From the NCBI RefSeq assembly GCF_009914755.1, contig NC_060927.1: 64,000 bases of DNA. The stretch is one strand, 5' to 3'. Positions 16,592-31,200 of the stretch are shown piece by piece (the first letter of the stretch is position 1; each line of letters opens with the position of its first letter). A program made the position numbers and the translations under genes. The notes under the pieces are model-generated. The model made no database searches. It had not been told where the DNA came from and saw only the letters and a list, made by a program, of their open reading frames with translations. This DNA comes from the human T2T-CHM13v2.0 reference genome, Homo sapiens.

Positions 16592-17618
16592 CTCAGTGAC
16601 CCAGAAAAATGCTGGATCTAGAAGGCAAACCCCTTAGGAGTATGTATCCAGCACTAGGCAGGAGAATAAAAATTGCTCAGGATGAAATCTAACATTCTGG
16701 ACCTGCGGAAAGTGTTTGTTCCCTGCTTGAGATTTGAGAAAATCCATCAGTTCCAACATGACCCATCTGAAATGAACTCCAGGTCCATTGATCTACCTGC
16801 TTCCAAAGTAAATTTTTCATTTTTAATTTTATTTCCCAGCTACCTCAAAATAAAGAATGAGAGTGTCTTGTATTGAACCATGAGATCATTCTCATCCCTA
16901 CAAAGGGATGACTTTTCATGATATGTTAATGAGTTATCATTCTGCTTTACCCATTAATCTCCTGCTAATGTGGATTTTTATCAATCTGTGGGGGTATTGG
17001 TGAAGGTACAGTTTCTATAACTGCAGGACTAAAGTTTACAACCCATGAAGCCTATAAGTGGCCAGTCAGTTGCCCCTCCCCTGGCTCCTAGAGCACTTGC
17101 TTTCCTCTCTAAGACACCAAAGATGATCTCGTCTATTAGAAACAATAAGCAAGATTACTAGGTGGCCATTATCTAACAAATGTAACAAAAATCTATGGCT
17201 TTTATGTATACCAAGTCATTCTAGCTATAAAATATTATAGGAAAATCCCTTTCTTGGAATTATTTTTTGTGTGTGTGCGTGTGTGTGTGTGTATAAAATA
17301 ATCTAAATGTATATATATGTGTGTGGAAATGAATTTGTCGTACATTGATGAGATTTTTAATTCAGTTTGAAAATAATAAGTATAAATACAAATAAGAAAA
17401 AATATTTGGTTAGACATAAAATTGTTCTCAGTCATTATTAGGTAATTTTATTTTCTTCTTTTTACTTATCAATGTATTCTAAATTGCTTTGCATTTTAAT
17501 TTTTAGGATCTGTTATAAATATGGAAAACTCTTAATGTTATTCTCATTCCCTCCCCATCCCCTATGCCTACATTACACCCATATCACACTCCATCCCATA
17601 CCTAAATGTTATGAATTG

Positions 17619-17996
<378 letters not shown>

Positions 17997-18723
17997 TTAA
18001 AAAAATTTTAAAAAAAGGGGGTTAGGATGAAAAAAGATAGGAGTAGAATAATTGGTTCCACCAACAGCAAATACAACCAGAAATAAGTGATTTAGTAAGC
18101 ATAGAAGAAGGTAAAAAAAAGCAGGCATGAAACTACTTCATTTATGAAACTATGATACAAAGGAGCCCAGAAAGGAAGAACTGGGAGGGCTGCTAAATCA
18201 ACCTGGGGACCCACAACAAGAGAAATGTCTCCGCTCTCATCCTCAACCAAGAAGCTAGGCTCCTTCCTTCTCCCAACTCGCTCTCCACACAATTGCCTTC
18301 ACTGTTATAGCCACCATTTGCACCCCATCTCCCTAGCTCTCTCTTCCCACTCTGTCCTTAGAAAGTGAAAAAACATCCATAGTAGTCAATTATTACTGAC
18401 TTTGTTTAACTTTTGCAGGAATGGAGACACAACAAAAGAGCTCACTCCGTCTTTTACCACCCAGTCAAGTCCTTCACTTTGTTTAACCCCAATATCTCCT
18501 CTTTTAATCAAAACCCTTCTCCCTCTCTCTGTCTCCTGATGACTTGAAAATCAACGGTCAGCATCTTCATAAACACCATAATTGAAGCCATGACCAAATC
18601 ACCTCCCTGGATCACTTGACAGTACCTCTCCAAAATAAAGTTTCAGAGGTAAATAAAAGGGGAAGAGTGAGACAAGCTCTTCATGAACAACATGCACAAT
18701 TGAAATGTGTTTGGTTAACATTT

Positions 18724-18934
18724 TTGTTTGTTTTATTTTGTTTTGTTTTGAGACAGGGTCTTGCTCTGTTGCCCAGGCTGGAGTGCAGTGGCACGATCAC
18801 AGCTCACTGCAGCCTTGACCTCCCCAGGCTCAAGCGATTCTCCCACCTCAGCCTCCTAAGTAGCTGGGACTACAGGCACCTGCCACCACCTCTGGCTAAT
18901 ATTTTTTTATTTTTCATGGAAATGGAGTTTTCCC
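18724..18934 (-). mobile_element. 5'-truncated AluJ
   Basis: Right monomer plus part of the left. 19-bp exact TSD ATGTGTTTGGTTAACATTT (18705-18723, 18935-18953). Confidence 0.92.
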
Positions 18935-21417
18935 ATGTGTTTGGTTAACATTTACTATGCACCTGCTGTGCATGAGCAGGATGCTATACTCCTGATTTTA
19001 GAGCTCCAAGCCAGGGTTCAGGAAATATGTTCATGAATAAACTAAGTGCCTGGCAGAAATAGGCTCTGAGTGGTATCCATTAACTATTATTATCATCGTA
19101 ATATTATTTATATTAATTCTCATCCCCAAGATCAGTGCTTCATATATAACAATATTGTATAATAATATTTAATATTATACATATTTATATAAATATTTAA
19201 TAAATATTCATTAAATATTTGAGAATAAAAGTTAGAGAAGGCATGAAAATGTGGGAAAAAGGATCAAAGGATTTTCTTGCCCTAGACATAAGCTTTCATA
19301 AAATATGTACTACTAATACTTCCCATTTGCAAACCTAAATCTTCAGAACAAAACTTGCATTGCCATCAAATTCAGACCCCCTCATAGAGGGATTCTTCAT
19401 AGAGGAAGAAGTCAAACTTTAGGATGATTATACTTGAGAAAAAGCAGTAAATAAAATAACAAAAATCAAGTTTGTGTAATTTCAAGGATAAATTGTCTCC
19501 CTTTGTTAAAGAAAGAAAAAATTAAGTATAAAAAAAATGAAAATGTTCCTACACACCAGTTGGGCTGTCTCCTGGTAACACTTAGTCTATGCTTAGCTAA
19601 GTTTATTCACAATCTGAATTGCTAGGTATAGTTCAGCAAATTATGATAAAGAATGACACTGTGGAGAGAATTCAAAAAGGTAGGACAAAGGTAATTACTT
19701 CAAACAAGTTGTTTTAAACTTGCCTGGCATTTCCCGATTCATAAATGCTAAATTCATGCAAAATGCCTTTCCCTGAGAGTGCTCGCTTTTGCTTGCGTTT
19801 TGAGTCCTGCCACCTAATTTGTTAACATATGGTCTGAGAGTTGGACAGTTCGTGCTTAGGAACTCAAAAATATATTAGGCATAAGAAAAACAGAATGGCT
19901 ATGATCTTGAAGCAGAACGTGTTGCCATCTATTGTTTGTCAGAGGAAAAGGGATGCAAATTTCAGGACCTAAATGAATAAGATAAATCAGGATCTGTGTG
20001 GCATTTGCTCATAAACATTTCAATGGAAATGAAGAAACAGGACAATCCATCAAGGTTTAAAAAAAAAGAAAAGAAAAACAGTTTTAGTTTTTTAAAAGAT
20101 GACTTATGACCATGGAAGTTTGTAGATGAGTTACATTTGAAATGTGAGATTTAGAGATAGAGATGTTTAAGGCACTTGACCAGAACAGTAATCTTAAGGT
20201 CAAGGCTTCCCAAGCTTTCGGTAATGGGCTGTCTACAATTCCTTCAGTACATGGAAATGGCTTTTTAATGTGTGCTGAAAACCAGAGAAATTGAATTCTC
20301 CTTTACAGTTTATGAAAATCCCCCCAAAATGCTTCAAGAAAATCCTCAACAAATCTAGAGATTATTTTGAAAATATAAGCTCCATGAGGACACCGGTTTA
20401 TATACCTTTTCATTGGCTATATTCCTAATGCCTATAACCATGTCTGGAATATAGCACGTATTCAGTCAATACTGTGTACTTGATTCTACAAGACTTAATA
20501 TTATATAGCAGGGAGCAAAACTAGAAGCTCCTAGACTCATTAGTTTAAAAAGGAAGGGTATGAATGGAGGGAGGAAGAAAGGGAAGAAAGGAAGGAGAAA
20601 AAGAAGGAAGGAAGAAGAGATAAAAAAGGAGTGGAGGGAGGACAATTTATCTCAGTGAATAAAAGAAATAGCCCATTAAATACTGTGTAGTCCATCAAAA
20701 TACCATCACGTTACCCTATTTGACCCTTTGAGAATTTATTCTAACCCAGTTATTATTTCTGCTCATGGTGTCTGAAAGCTCAGGTCCAAAATGTTTGAAT
20801 TATGTAGTAAATTGCTATAACGTAGGAAAACAAATAGGACAATAGCACATAAATCTCTTTCTATTGTAACACTTTCACATATGTTTTTCAAATTTAAAAT
20901 ACATCATGAAAAAACACCATTAAAGTAATTACCTGATAGAACATTTAGCTCAGTTTAGGGGAAAACTTTAAGGAGGTTTTTGTGGCATTATATGAAGAGC
21001 TTCTATTTCTAGTACTCTTCATTTACATCTGTAACTTCTGGGTAGCACATTATTCTTCTTGTCAGTGATGACCATCAATAAAGGGTGACTCTTAGAAATA
21101 AATTTTGTTTTTATACAAGTGGAATACTTACCTGAAAAGCAGAGCTTTCCTTTAAATGCTAATATCCTGAAATCAGCTTCCTGATGCTGGATTTGGAAGG
21201 CTACATTCTAACTATCTTTCTTTTAGGGTGATTTTCTGGTTATAGGTAATTATAAGAATCAATTAAAAGCATAATTTTAAAAGTAAACTTGTCCCTCTAA
21301 TGCCAGGTTTTTTACTGAATAAGGAGAGTCATCGCCTTGTCCTGTTATCCCCAAATATCCCCACAATATAGGCAGTCTTTTGACAGGATAACTGGGTGGA
21401 ACAGTTGGAGGATTTCT

Positions 21418-22550
21418 TTTTGTTTGTTTGTTTGTTTTACTTTTTTTATTTCAATAGGTTTTTGGGGAACAGATAGTGTTTCGTTACACGAATAAGTTCT
21501 TACGTGATCATTTCTGAGATTTGGTGCACCCACCACCTGAGCAGTGTGCGCTGTACCCAATGTGTAGTCTTTTATACCTCACCACCCCCAACCATTTCCC
21601 CCAAGTTCCCAAAGTCCAATGTATCATTTTATGCCTTGCGTCCTCATAGCTTAACTCCTACATATGAGTGAGAACATACAATGTTTAGTTTCCATTCCAG
21701 AGTTACTTAATTTGGAACAGTAGTCTCCAATTCCATCCAGGTTGCTGCGAATGCCATTATTTCATTCCTTTTTATAGCTGAACAGTATTCCATTACATAT
21801 ATTATATATAAATACTGTTATATATAATTATGGAATACTGTTCAGCGATATATATATATGTGGTATATATATGTGGTGTATATATATATGTGGTGTGTAT
21901 ATATGTATGTATGTGTATATATATATACATATATATGTATGTGTGTATATATATACATATATATGTATGTGTATATATATACACATATATATGTATGTGT
22001 GTATATATATATATATGTATATATATATACACCACATTTTCTTTATCCACTCATTCATTGATGGGCATTTGGGCTGGTTCCATATTTTTGCAATTGCAAA
22101 TTGTGCTGCCATAAACATGCGTGTGCAAGTATCTTTTTCGTATAATGACTTCTTCTCCTTTGGGTAGATACCTAGCTGTGGAATTGCAAGATCAAACAGT
22201 ACATCTACTTTTAGTTCTTTAAGGAATCTCCACACTGTTTTCCATAGTGGTTGCACTAGTTTACTTTCCCACCAACACTATTTTTTTTTTATGGCCATTC
22301 TTATAGCAGTGATGTGGTATTGTTTTGTGGTTTTGATTTGCATTTCCCTGATCATTAATGATGTTGAGCTCTTCCATATGCTTGTTGGCCATTTGTATAT
22401 CTTCTTTTGAGAATTGTCTTTTCATGTCCTTGGCCCACTTTTTGATGGGATTGTTTGTGTGTTTCTTGCTGGTTTGTTTGAGTTTTTTGTAGATTCTGGA
22501 TAGTAGTACTTTTTTGGACGTATAGATTGTGAAAATTTTCTCCCACTCTC
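21418..22550 (-). mobile_element. 5'-truncated L1PB 3' end with a large (TA/TG)n expansion at about 21795-22030
   Basis: L1PB-type 3' UTR (TTTCAATAGGTTTTTGGGGAACAG...GGTGCACCCACCACCTGAGCAG) and ORF2 C-terminal homology in minus-strand ORFs. TSD-like GAGG(T)ATTTCT on both sides. Confidence 0.9.
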
Positions 22551-23029
22551 TGAGGTATTTCTCACAGGGGCAAAGGTGCATAGCCATGCCTAACAAGTCC
22601 AATCTGTTCCTAGGCTGGATCCACCTCGTTTCCACTTTGGCTACCAGAAATAATGAACTGCCACACTGAGCCTTTTCTCTGAACTTCCAGAAGTCACTTT
22701 TTCTTCACAATGTGAAGCCTCTGTTCACGATGAAGAGCCTCACAATATTGTTACAGAAATTAGATCATAAACACACCACCTGTGGAAGGACAAACCAAAG
22801 AGGCCAAACAATGCTTCACCTTTTGTGCCCCCTTCAAGACTCAAACTGATCTGCAGGCAAAATAGAGAGCTGGCTCTGAGAATGTTTTTAGGAGTCCTAC
22901 AAGAGGGCTCTACTTCTCTCCCACCCTAAATAAGCGTCTTCTGGTGACTTGCCAATAATTAAATTTCTTTCACAGAGGAAAAACGTTTTTAACTAACTTT
23001 AATATGTGTATTCTGAGGTAGGTGTTGTA

Positions 23030-23190
23030 CACCCTCCCAATACTTAGAACCATATGAAACAGACATTATTGTCCTCATTTTATAGCAGAAGAAATACAGA
23101 CTGAGAAGGGACAGAATACTTCTCCAGGCTTGCACAGCTAGTAGGGGGAGAGTCATATTTTCTAATTCAGATTCACTATATTAAGTCATC
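23030..23190 (-). mobile_element. MIR
   Basis: ATTATTGTCCTCATTTTATAG...ACAGCTAGTAGG MIR core. Confidence 0.65.
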
Positions 23191-23668
23191 CTACACTATG
23201 GCATGGTAATATAATAAATCCATGCTAAGGAAGAAATGATGAATACACAATTTTTCCCTAAGATCACTTCTTAGTGGGAAAAAAAGAAGAAATAATATTT
23301 GGTGACTGTAAGAGGAGACTGTAACACTCAAAATGAGAACAAAGCATATAAAAGGAAACTTGGAGCACCCAAGACAACCTTCCCCTGTATCCCAAGTGTT
23401 CCCTGAACACTTCTGTAGCCTTGGAATGGATATGAGTAGAAATGTGTTAAAAGAGTTGTTTATTCTAGCTGTGAGAATCAACTTTGAGTTCTACTCAAGG
23501 ACCATAATAAAACATGTAAATTCTGAAGTCAAAGTTTCATTTGTTTCCAGAAAGCCAAGAAACCTTGGTCAGCTCACTACACTTGGGATTGCCCTATTCC
23601 CAAATAAAAGGGTTAAGGTTAGGCAGAGGAAGTAAACACAGACCAACCTGGCCTTTTGTGTCCTCATA

Positions 23669-23862
23669 GAGCTGTGTAATAGGACTTCTCTGTGATGGAA
23701 ATGATGTGCTAGCCAGTGTAGCAGCCCCTAGCCATTTGTAGCTCTTGAGCAGTTGAAATATAACTAGCACATCTGAGAAACTGAATTTTTAATTTTATTT
23801 AATTTTAAGTCACTTAAATGGAAATAGCCATATTTGGTTAATGGTTACCTTATTGAGCAGAT
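23669..23862. mobile_element. MER3 (hAT MITE)
   Basis: AATAGGACTTCTCTGTGATGGAAATG...GAAACTGAATTTTTAATTTTATTTAATTTTAA...AATAGCCATAT. Confidence 0.75.
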
Positions 23863-24295
23863 TGCTCACCCAGCCACAGGGACCCACACATTACCATGCC
23901 ATCCTCCCTCATGTGTGGATCACCCAGCTTCAACTCAAGCCAGACCCAGACCCAGAAGGCTGGCCTGGGCTGGATATGGATTGGCAAGTGTCATTAAGGA
24001 GAAGAGATGTGGAAAGGGGAGAAATGTACAGAAGAATCCATAATACCGACTGCATTTTATTTGTTTCACTCCCTAAAATTATCAATTTGTTGAGCACAAC
24101 TTTCTTCAGTGCAGAAGTGAGACACCGTTTTGATCTCTAGGTCACAGCTAGCAGGGACAAAGGTGTTGCTTGATTCAAGTAGAAGCTGACCAGGCAAGGA
24201 AGTGTAGAAAGAGCCTAGGTGCATAAAGCCAAGAGTGAGAGCAAACAAGGCCTATTTGGAGAACTGAGGGTAATTTGGTGTGGTTGGAGGATGGG

Positions 24296-24687
24296 TGTTA
24301 TGAGCTGAATTACATTCCTGAGATTCACATGTTAAAGTTCTGACCCCCAGTACCTTGGAATGTGACTGTATTTGGAGATAGACTCTTTAAAGAGGTAACT
24401 AAGTTAAAATGAGAATCCTGGATTAGGGCTCACTATACTGTTCTCATTTCAGTGTTCTCATTTTGTCCTTACAAGAGGAAATTTGGACAAAGATGGGCAG
24501 AGAAGGAAAACCATGTGAAGACAGGGAGAAGGCAGTCATCTATAAGCCAGGGAGAGAGGACTCAGAAGAAACCAACCCTGCTGATTCCTTAATAACAGAC
24601 TTGGAGCCTCCAGAGAAAATACATTTCTGTTGTTTAAGCCACTCAGTCTGTGGTACTTTGTAATGAAACCCTTAGCAAACTAATAGA
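24296..24687 (+). mobile_element. MLT1B solo LTR within L2-like sequence
   Basis: TGTTATGAGCTGAATT...GAATGTGACTGTATTTGGAGATAG...GCAAACTAATAGA. Confidence 0.85.
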
Positions 24688-27304
24688 TATACATGCAAGA
24701 AATGAGCCCAGAGATTTAGTTTGGGATTGATTCATAAAGAATCTTTATGTCCTACTGAGGAATTTAAGATTTATTCTGAACCACTGAACGTTTTTAAACA
24801 TGGAAGTGGCATGATCTGGTTTGCTTTTTTTTTCATTTATTTTGCATTTAAGTTTAAATTCAACTTGACCCTCCCTAGTGACTTGCTTATATTTGACTTG
24901 CTAGTCTCCAGTCTTGGTTCTGATTTGACTTTAAATACTTCATGATGGCAGGTACAGCTGCAATAAAACTGACAGTTATCCTTTAACTGTCTGTTAATTC
25001 CTCTCTGATGTTTGCCATGGGTCAGTAGACAACCCTGTCTTAACATGTTTTAAAAGCCTGTACTTGCTGTGTCTGGGTCAAACATGATTATATTGTATTC
25101 ACTGAATAAAATTCTCTAAGTGCCTAAGTGATTCTAAGGTAGAAGGAGTTCGGCAAAAGGGGAAGCACATTAACTCTTTCAGGTCACTAGGCTACCACTT
25201 AATACATTATTGCAAATGCACTTTTGAATAAATAACAGGTGGTAAGAGGCACTGAGACAATTAGCCTGCTTAAGCTGACTTAAAAAAAACACAAGACAGA
25301 CAGCTCTGAGCTATATGCAGGATGACTATGATGTAATTAGGCTTTAAAATAAAAATAGATGAGAAAATTTATATGCAAATGAGTTTTGTCATCTTGGGAG
25401 TCAATTTGCTTATTCCAAAAATCCTTCTACTTACTTAGAACACTTTAGAAATCCTCCTTCTCAAGATGCCTTCAGAGCTAGTTGATGAGACCTCCAGTTC
25501 TCTGATCTCACTGGGGATCCAGTCTACAGTAAATTTAAGGGAGAATTTGCCCCATCTGGGGAGCAGAAAGTATACTTCTGGGCATTCTGGAAGCAGAGAC
25601 TACTGTGTTATGAAAACCAGGCTTTTGAGAAGATGGAGGACGTTTACATAATCATGCTCCTTATCACCTGCATCTGGAGATTAGGTAGAGTCCCCTTAAA
25701 GAATAAAGATCTCCAGTATTTATATGGCATCTTCAATGGCATGTTGCTTTCTTAATTTCCACAATAACCATGTCTTAGAGAAGGATGAGCATTGAGGAAT
25801 GGAATGGGTGAATATAAAGAAGTTGCCTGAACACAGGATCGTGGCTATACTGTGGCACATCTATGCTTGATGAGAGGGTGAATGCTATTCCTTCTGAATC
25901 CCTTACTTCCAGCCAGTGAACTGAACCCACTGTTCCCAACTTGTACTTCTCTATTTCCTTGACTTTCCCCCATACACTTTCCTTCAAACGTATTGTCTTC
26001 CTTTCTCTGCATGATTAAGCCCTGCTTCTTCTCTCAGACCCACTCAATTGCTACTTCTTTGATTAAGTCTTCTCTAATCTCCTCAGCAAGAAGTAATCCA
26101 GCCTTGCTCTAAATTCCCATAGCCTCCCTTTCACCCTTGTAATACGGTCATTTGTAGTCTTCTACTAAAGGAGAAGTTTCATAAAGTCATGGTTTATATG
26201 ACATTAATTTTGGTATTGGAATACCTAAAACAATGCCTGGCACAAAGTATAAAAGATTTCAAATTAATCAATTAAGAATAAAACCAAATCGTATTAGTGC
26301 CAGCCAATGTCATCTTCTGCAAAAATCAGCATGAAGGGTTTGAATAGACTGTGATAGCATAAGATCAAGACCCAGAAGGACAGAAACAAAGGGGTCAATC
26401 AAGCTAAAAGGCCATGAAGCCATAGGGAAATAGGATTACACATGTTCTGAGCCAGAAAAGCAGACGTGGACTGGAACATCTGAAAACTAAAATCAACCGT
26501 TAGGGTAGAGAACACAGAAACAAAGAAAACTTTAGTAACAATGCAAGTTTTTCTTTCAGACCCAAGTCCTTCTGTTATCTGGAAGATACAATAGGAATGA
26601 GTTATGTTACAAGTGTTGTTTTCATATGATGGTTTTTTAGAATTTAGAATATATTTTCACAGATAAATGATGTTAAAATGGAAATAAGTTACCCAGATAC
26701 CCCACAACTCTACTTAATTCATAACAAACCTGAAGGACACAACAAATAAAATGATTTAAACTATAACTGATCACCACTTATAGAATAAACAAATGCTTTG
26801 AAAAAACAGGGTGAGGCTTCCACCTTGGGCTAACATAGAGAAAGTCCACTGTCTTGCTCATGAATCACAAGCAAAAACCTCTGTAAAGAATACATAATAA
26901 CCCAAAGAAAACTACCTCAAGGCATTTAATAATCAAACTCCCAAAAGTCATGGATAAAGAAAGAATCATAACAGCAGCAAGAGAAAATAAATAAATAACA
27001 TACAATGGAGTTCCAATACATCTGGCAGCAGACTTTTCAGTAGACATTAATACTTTACAGGCCAGGAGAATGTGGCATTACATATATAAAATGCTAAAGG
27101 AAAAAAGAAAAACATTTGCCCTAGGATAGTATATCCAGCAAAAATAACTTTCAAACCTAAAGGAGAAATAAAGATTTTCCCAGACAAACAAAAGTAGAGT
27201 GATGTCATCAACACAAGACCTGACCTACCAGAAATGTGAAAGGGAGTACTTTAAACTGAAAGAAAAGGATGTTAATGAGCAATAAGAAATAATCTGAAGG
27301 TACA

Positions 27305-27629
<325 letters not shown>

Positions 27630-28218
27630 TCACAGGTAATAATAAGTGCACAGAAAAACAGAATATTATAACACTACAACTGTGGTGTGTAAACTAGTCT
27701 TAAGTTGAAAGACTAAAGGATGAACCAATCAAAAACAATAACTACAATTTTTCAAGACATAGACAGTACAATAATATATAAATAGAAACAATAAAAAGGA
27801 GACACAAAGTGTAGAGCTTTTAATCAGTTTTCTTTTGGCATGTTTGTTTCTGCAGGCAGCGTTAAGTTGTTATCAGCTTAAAATAATGGGTTATGAGATA
27901 GTATTTGCAAGCCTCATGGTAACTTCAAATAAAAAAAAATACAACGAATAAAAAAGAAACACCAAGAAAGGAACACCAAGAACCCCACCACCAGAGAAAA
28001 TAACTTTCACTGAAAGGAAGACAGGAAGGAATGAAAAATGAGAAGATCGCAAAACAACAAGAAAACAATAAATAACAACATGGCAGAAGTAAGTTCTTAC
28101 TTATCAGTAATAACATTAAATGTAAGTGGACTAAACTATCCAATCAAAACACATAGAGTGGCTGAATGAATAGAAAAACAAGACCCAATGACCTGTTGCC
28201 TACAAGAAATACTTTACC

Positions 28219-31200
28219 AATAGTAAAGGGTTGAATTCAACAAGAAGATCTAACTATCCCAAATATATATTCATCCAACACAGGAGCACCCAGATTCATA
28301 AAGCAAGTTCTTAGAGACCTTCAAAGAGACTTAGACTCTCACAAAATAATAGTGGTAGACTTTAACACCCCACTGACAATATTAGACAGATCATTGAAAC
28401 AGAAAATTAACAAAGATATTCAGGACCTGAACTCAAAACTGGATTAAATAGACCTGATACATATCTACAGAACTCTCCACCCCAAAACAACAGAATATAC
28501 ATTCTTCTCAGTGCCACAAGGCACTTACTCTAAAATTGATCACACAGTTGAAAGTAAAACACTCCTCAGCAAATGCAAAAGAACTAAAATAGTAACAGTC
28601 TCCCAGACCACAGTGCAAGCAAATTAGAAATCAAGACTAAGAAATTCACTCAAAACCATACAATTACATAGAAATGGAATAACCTACTCCTGAATAACTT
28701 TTGGGTAAATAATGAAAATAAGGCAGAGATTAAGAAGTTCTTTGAACCTAATGAGAACACAGATACAACATACCAGAATCTCTGGGACACAGCTAATGCA
28801 GTGTTAAGAGGGAAATTTAAAACACTAAATGCCCACATCAAATAGTTAGAAAGATCTCAAGTTAGCAAGCTAACATCCCAACTAGAAGAACTAGAAAACC
28901 AAGATCAACTAGAAGAACTAGAGAACCAAGATCAACTAGAAAAACTAGAGAACCAAGATCAAACATATCCCAAAGCTAGCAGAAGACAGGAAATAACCAA
29001 AATCAGAGCTGAAGGAGACACACAAAAAATTCAAAAGATCAATGAATCCAGCAGCTGGTCTTTTTGAACAAAATTAATAAAATAGATAGATCACTAGATA
29101 GACTAATAAAGAAGAAAAGAGAGAAGATTTAAATAAACACAATCAGAAACAACAAGGGGAATATTACCACTGACACCACAGAAATATAAACAGTCATCAG
29201 AGAATTATGAATACCACTATGCACATAAACTAGAAAATCTAGAAGAAATGAATAAATTCCTGGACACATACACTGGCCCAAAACTAAACCAAGAAGGAAA
29301 CTGAATCCCTGAGCAGATTAATAATGAACTCTGAAATTGAGGTAATAATAAATATTCTAACAACTAAAAAAAACCCAGGACCAGACAGATTCACCAGATG
29401 TACAAGGAATAGCTGGTACCATTCCTACTGAAACTATTCCAAAAAATTAAGGAGAAGAGGGACTCCTCCCAAACTCATTCTATAAGGTCAGCATCATTCT
29501 GATACCAAAACCTGGCAGAAATACAACAAAAAAAGAAACTTTGGGCCAATATCTTGATGAACATCAATGCAAAAATCCTCAACAAAATACTGGCAAAACA
29601 AATCCAGCAGTACACCAAAAAGCTTATCTACCACAGTCAGTAGACTTTATCCCTGGGATGCAAAGTTGGTTCAACATATGCAAATCAATAAATGTTATTC
29701 ATCACATAAGCAGAACTAAAGACAAAAAACCATATGATTGTCTCAATAGACACAGAAAAGGCTTTTGATCAAATTCAATATCCATTCATGTTAAAAACTA
29801 TCAATAAACTAGGCATTGAAGGAAATATATATGAAAATAATAAGCGCCATCTATGACAAACCTATAACCAACATCATACTCATTGGACAAAAGCTGGAAG
29901 CATCCTCCTTGAAAACCAGCACAAGACAAGGATGCCCTCTCTTACCACTTCTATTCAACATAGTATTGGAAGTCCTGGCGGGGAAAATAAGGCAAGAGAA
30001 TGAAATAAAGGGAATCCAAATAGGAAGAGAGGAAGTCAAACTATCTCTATTTGCAGATGATATGATCTTATATCTAGAAAACCCAGTAGTCTCAGCCTAA
30101 AAGCTTCTTAAGCTGATAAACAACTTCAGAAAAGTCTCAGGATACAAAATTAATGGTCAAAAATCACTAGCACGCCTAAACACAAACAACAGTCAAGCTG
30201 ACAGCCAAATCAGGAATGAACACCCATTCACAATTGCCACAAAAAGAACAAAATACCTTGGAATACAGCTAACTAGGAAGGTGAAAGATCCCTACAAGGA
30301 GAACTACAAACCACTGCTCAAAGAAATTAGAGATGACACAAACAAATAAAAAACATTTCACGCTTATGGATAGGAAGAATCAATATCATTAAAACGGCTA
30401 TACTTCCCAAAGCAATTTATAGATTTAATGCCATTCTCATTAAACTACCATTGAGATTCTTCACATAACTAGAAAAAAAAACTATTTAAAATTCCTACAG
30501 AACCACAAAAGAGTGAAAATAGCCAAGGCAATCCTAAGCAAAAAGAACAAAGCTGAAGGCATCATGCTACCCAACTCTAAACTATACTATAGGACTACAG
30601 TAACCAAAACAGAATGGTACTGGTACAAAAACAGACACATAGACCAATGGAACAGAATAGAGAACCCCAAAATAAGACTGCACACCTACAACTATCTGAT
30701 CTTTGACAAGCCTGACAAAAACAAGCAATGGGGAAAAATATCCCTATTCAATAAGTGGTGCTGGTATAACTGGCTAACCATGTGCACAAGATTGAAACTG
30801 GACCCCTTCCTTACACCATATACAAAAACTAACTCAAGATGGATTAAAGACTTAAATGTAACACCACTATGGAAAACAGTGGGGGAGATTCCTTAAAGAA
30901 CTAAAAGAGAACTATCATTTGATCCAGCAATCCTACTACTAGGTATCTACTCAGAAGAAAGGAAGTCATTCTACAAAGGATACTTGCATACTCATGTTTA
31001 TAGCAGCACATTTGCAATTGCAAAAATGTGGAACAAGCCCAAATGCCCATCAATCAATGAGTGGATAAAGAAATTGTGATATATATAGATATATAATGAA
31101 ATACTACTCAGTCATAAAAAGGAATGAATTAATGGCATTCGCAGCAACCTGGATGGAATTGGAGACTATTATCCTAAGTGAAGTAACTCAAGAATGGAAA

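Noticed and set aside
19140-19222. AT-rich quasi-palindromic stretch
   Set aside because: Short low-complexity AT sequence in which self-complementarity is expected by chance.
21802-22256. Overlapping Y/I/H/T-rich ORFs on both strands
   Set aside because: Products of a stop-poor (TA/TG)n microsatellite inside L1PB.
28879-28959. 27-bp direct repeats as a possible CRISPR-like array
   Set aside because: Head-to-tail with no spacers, inside L1 ORF2, in primate DNA.
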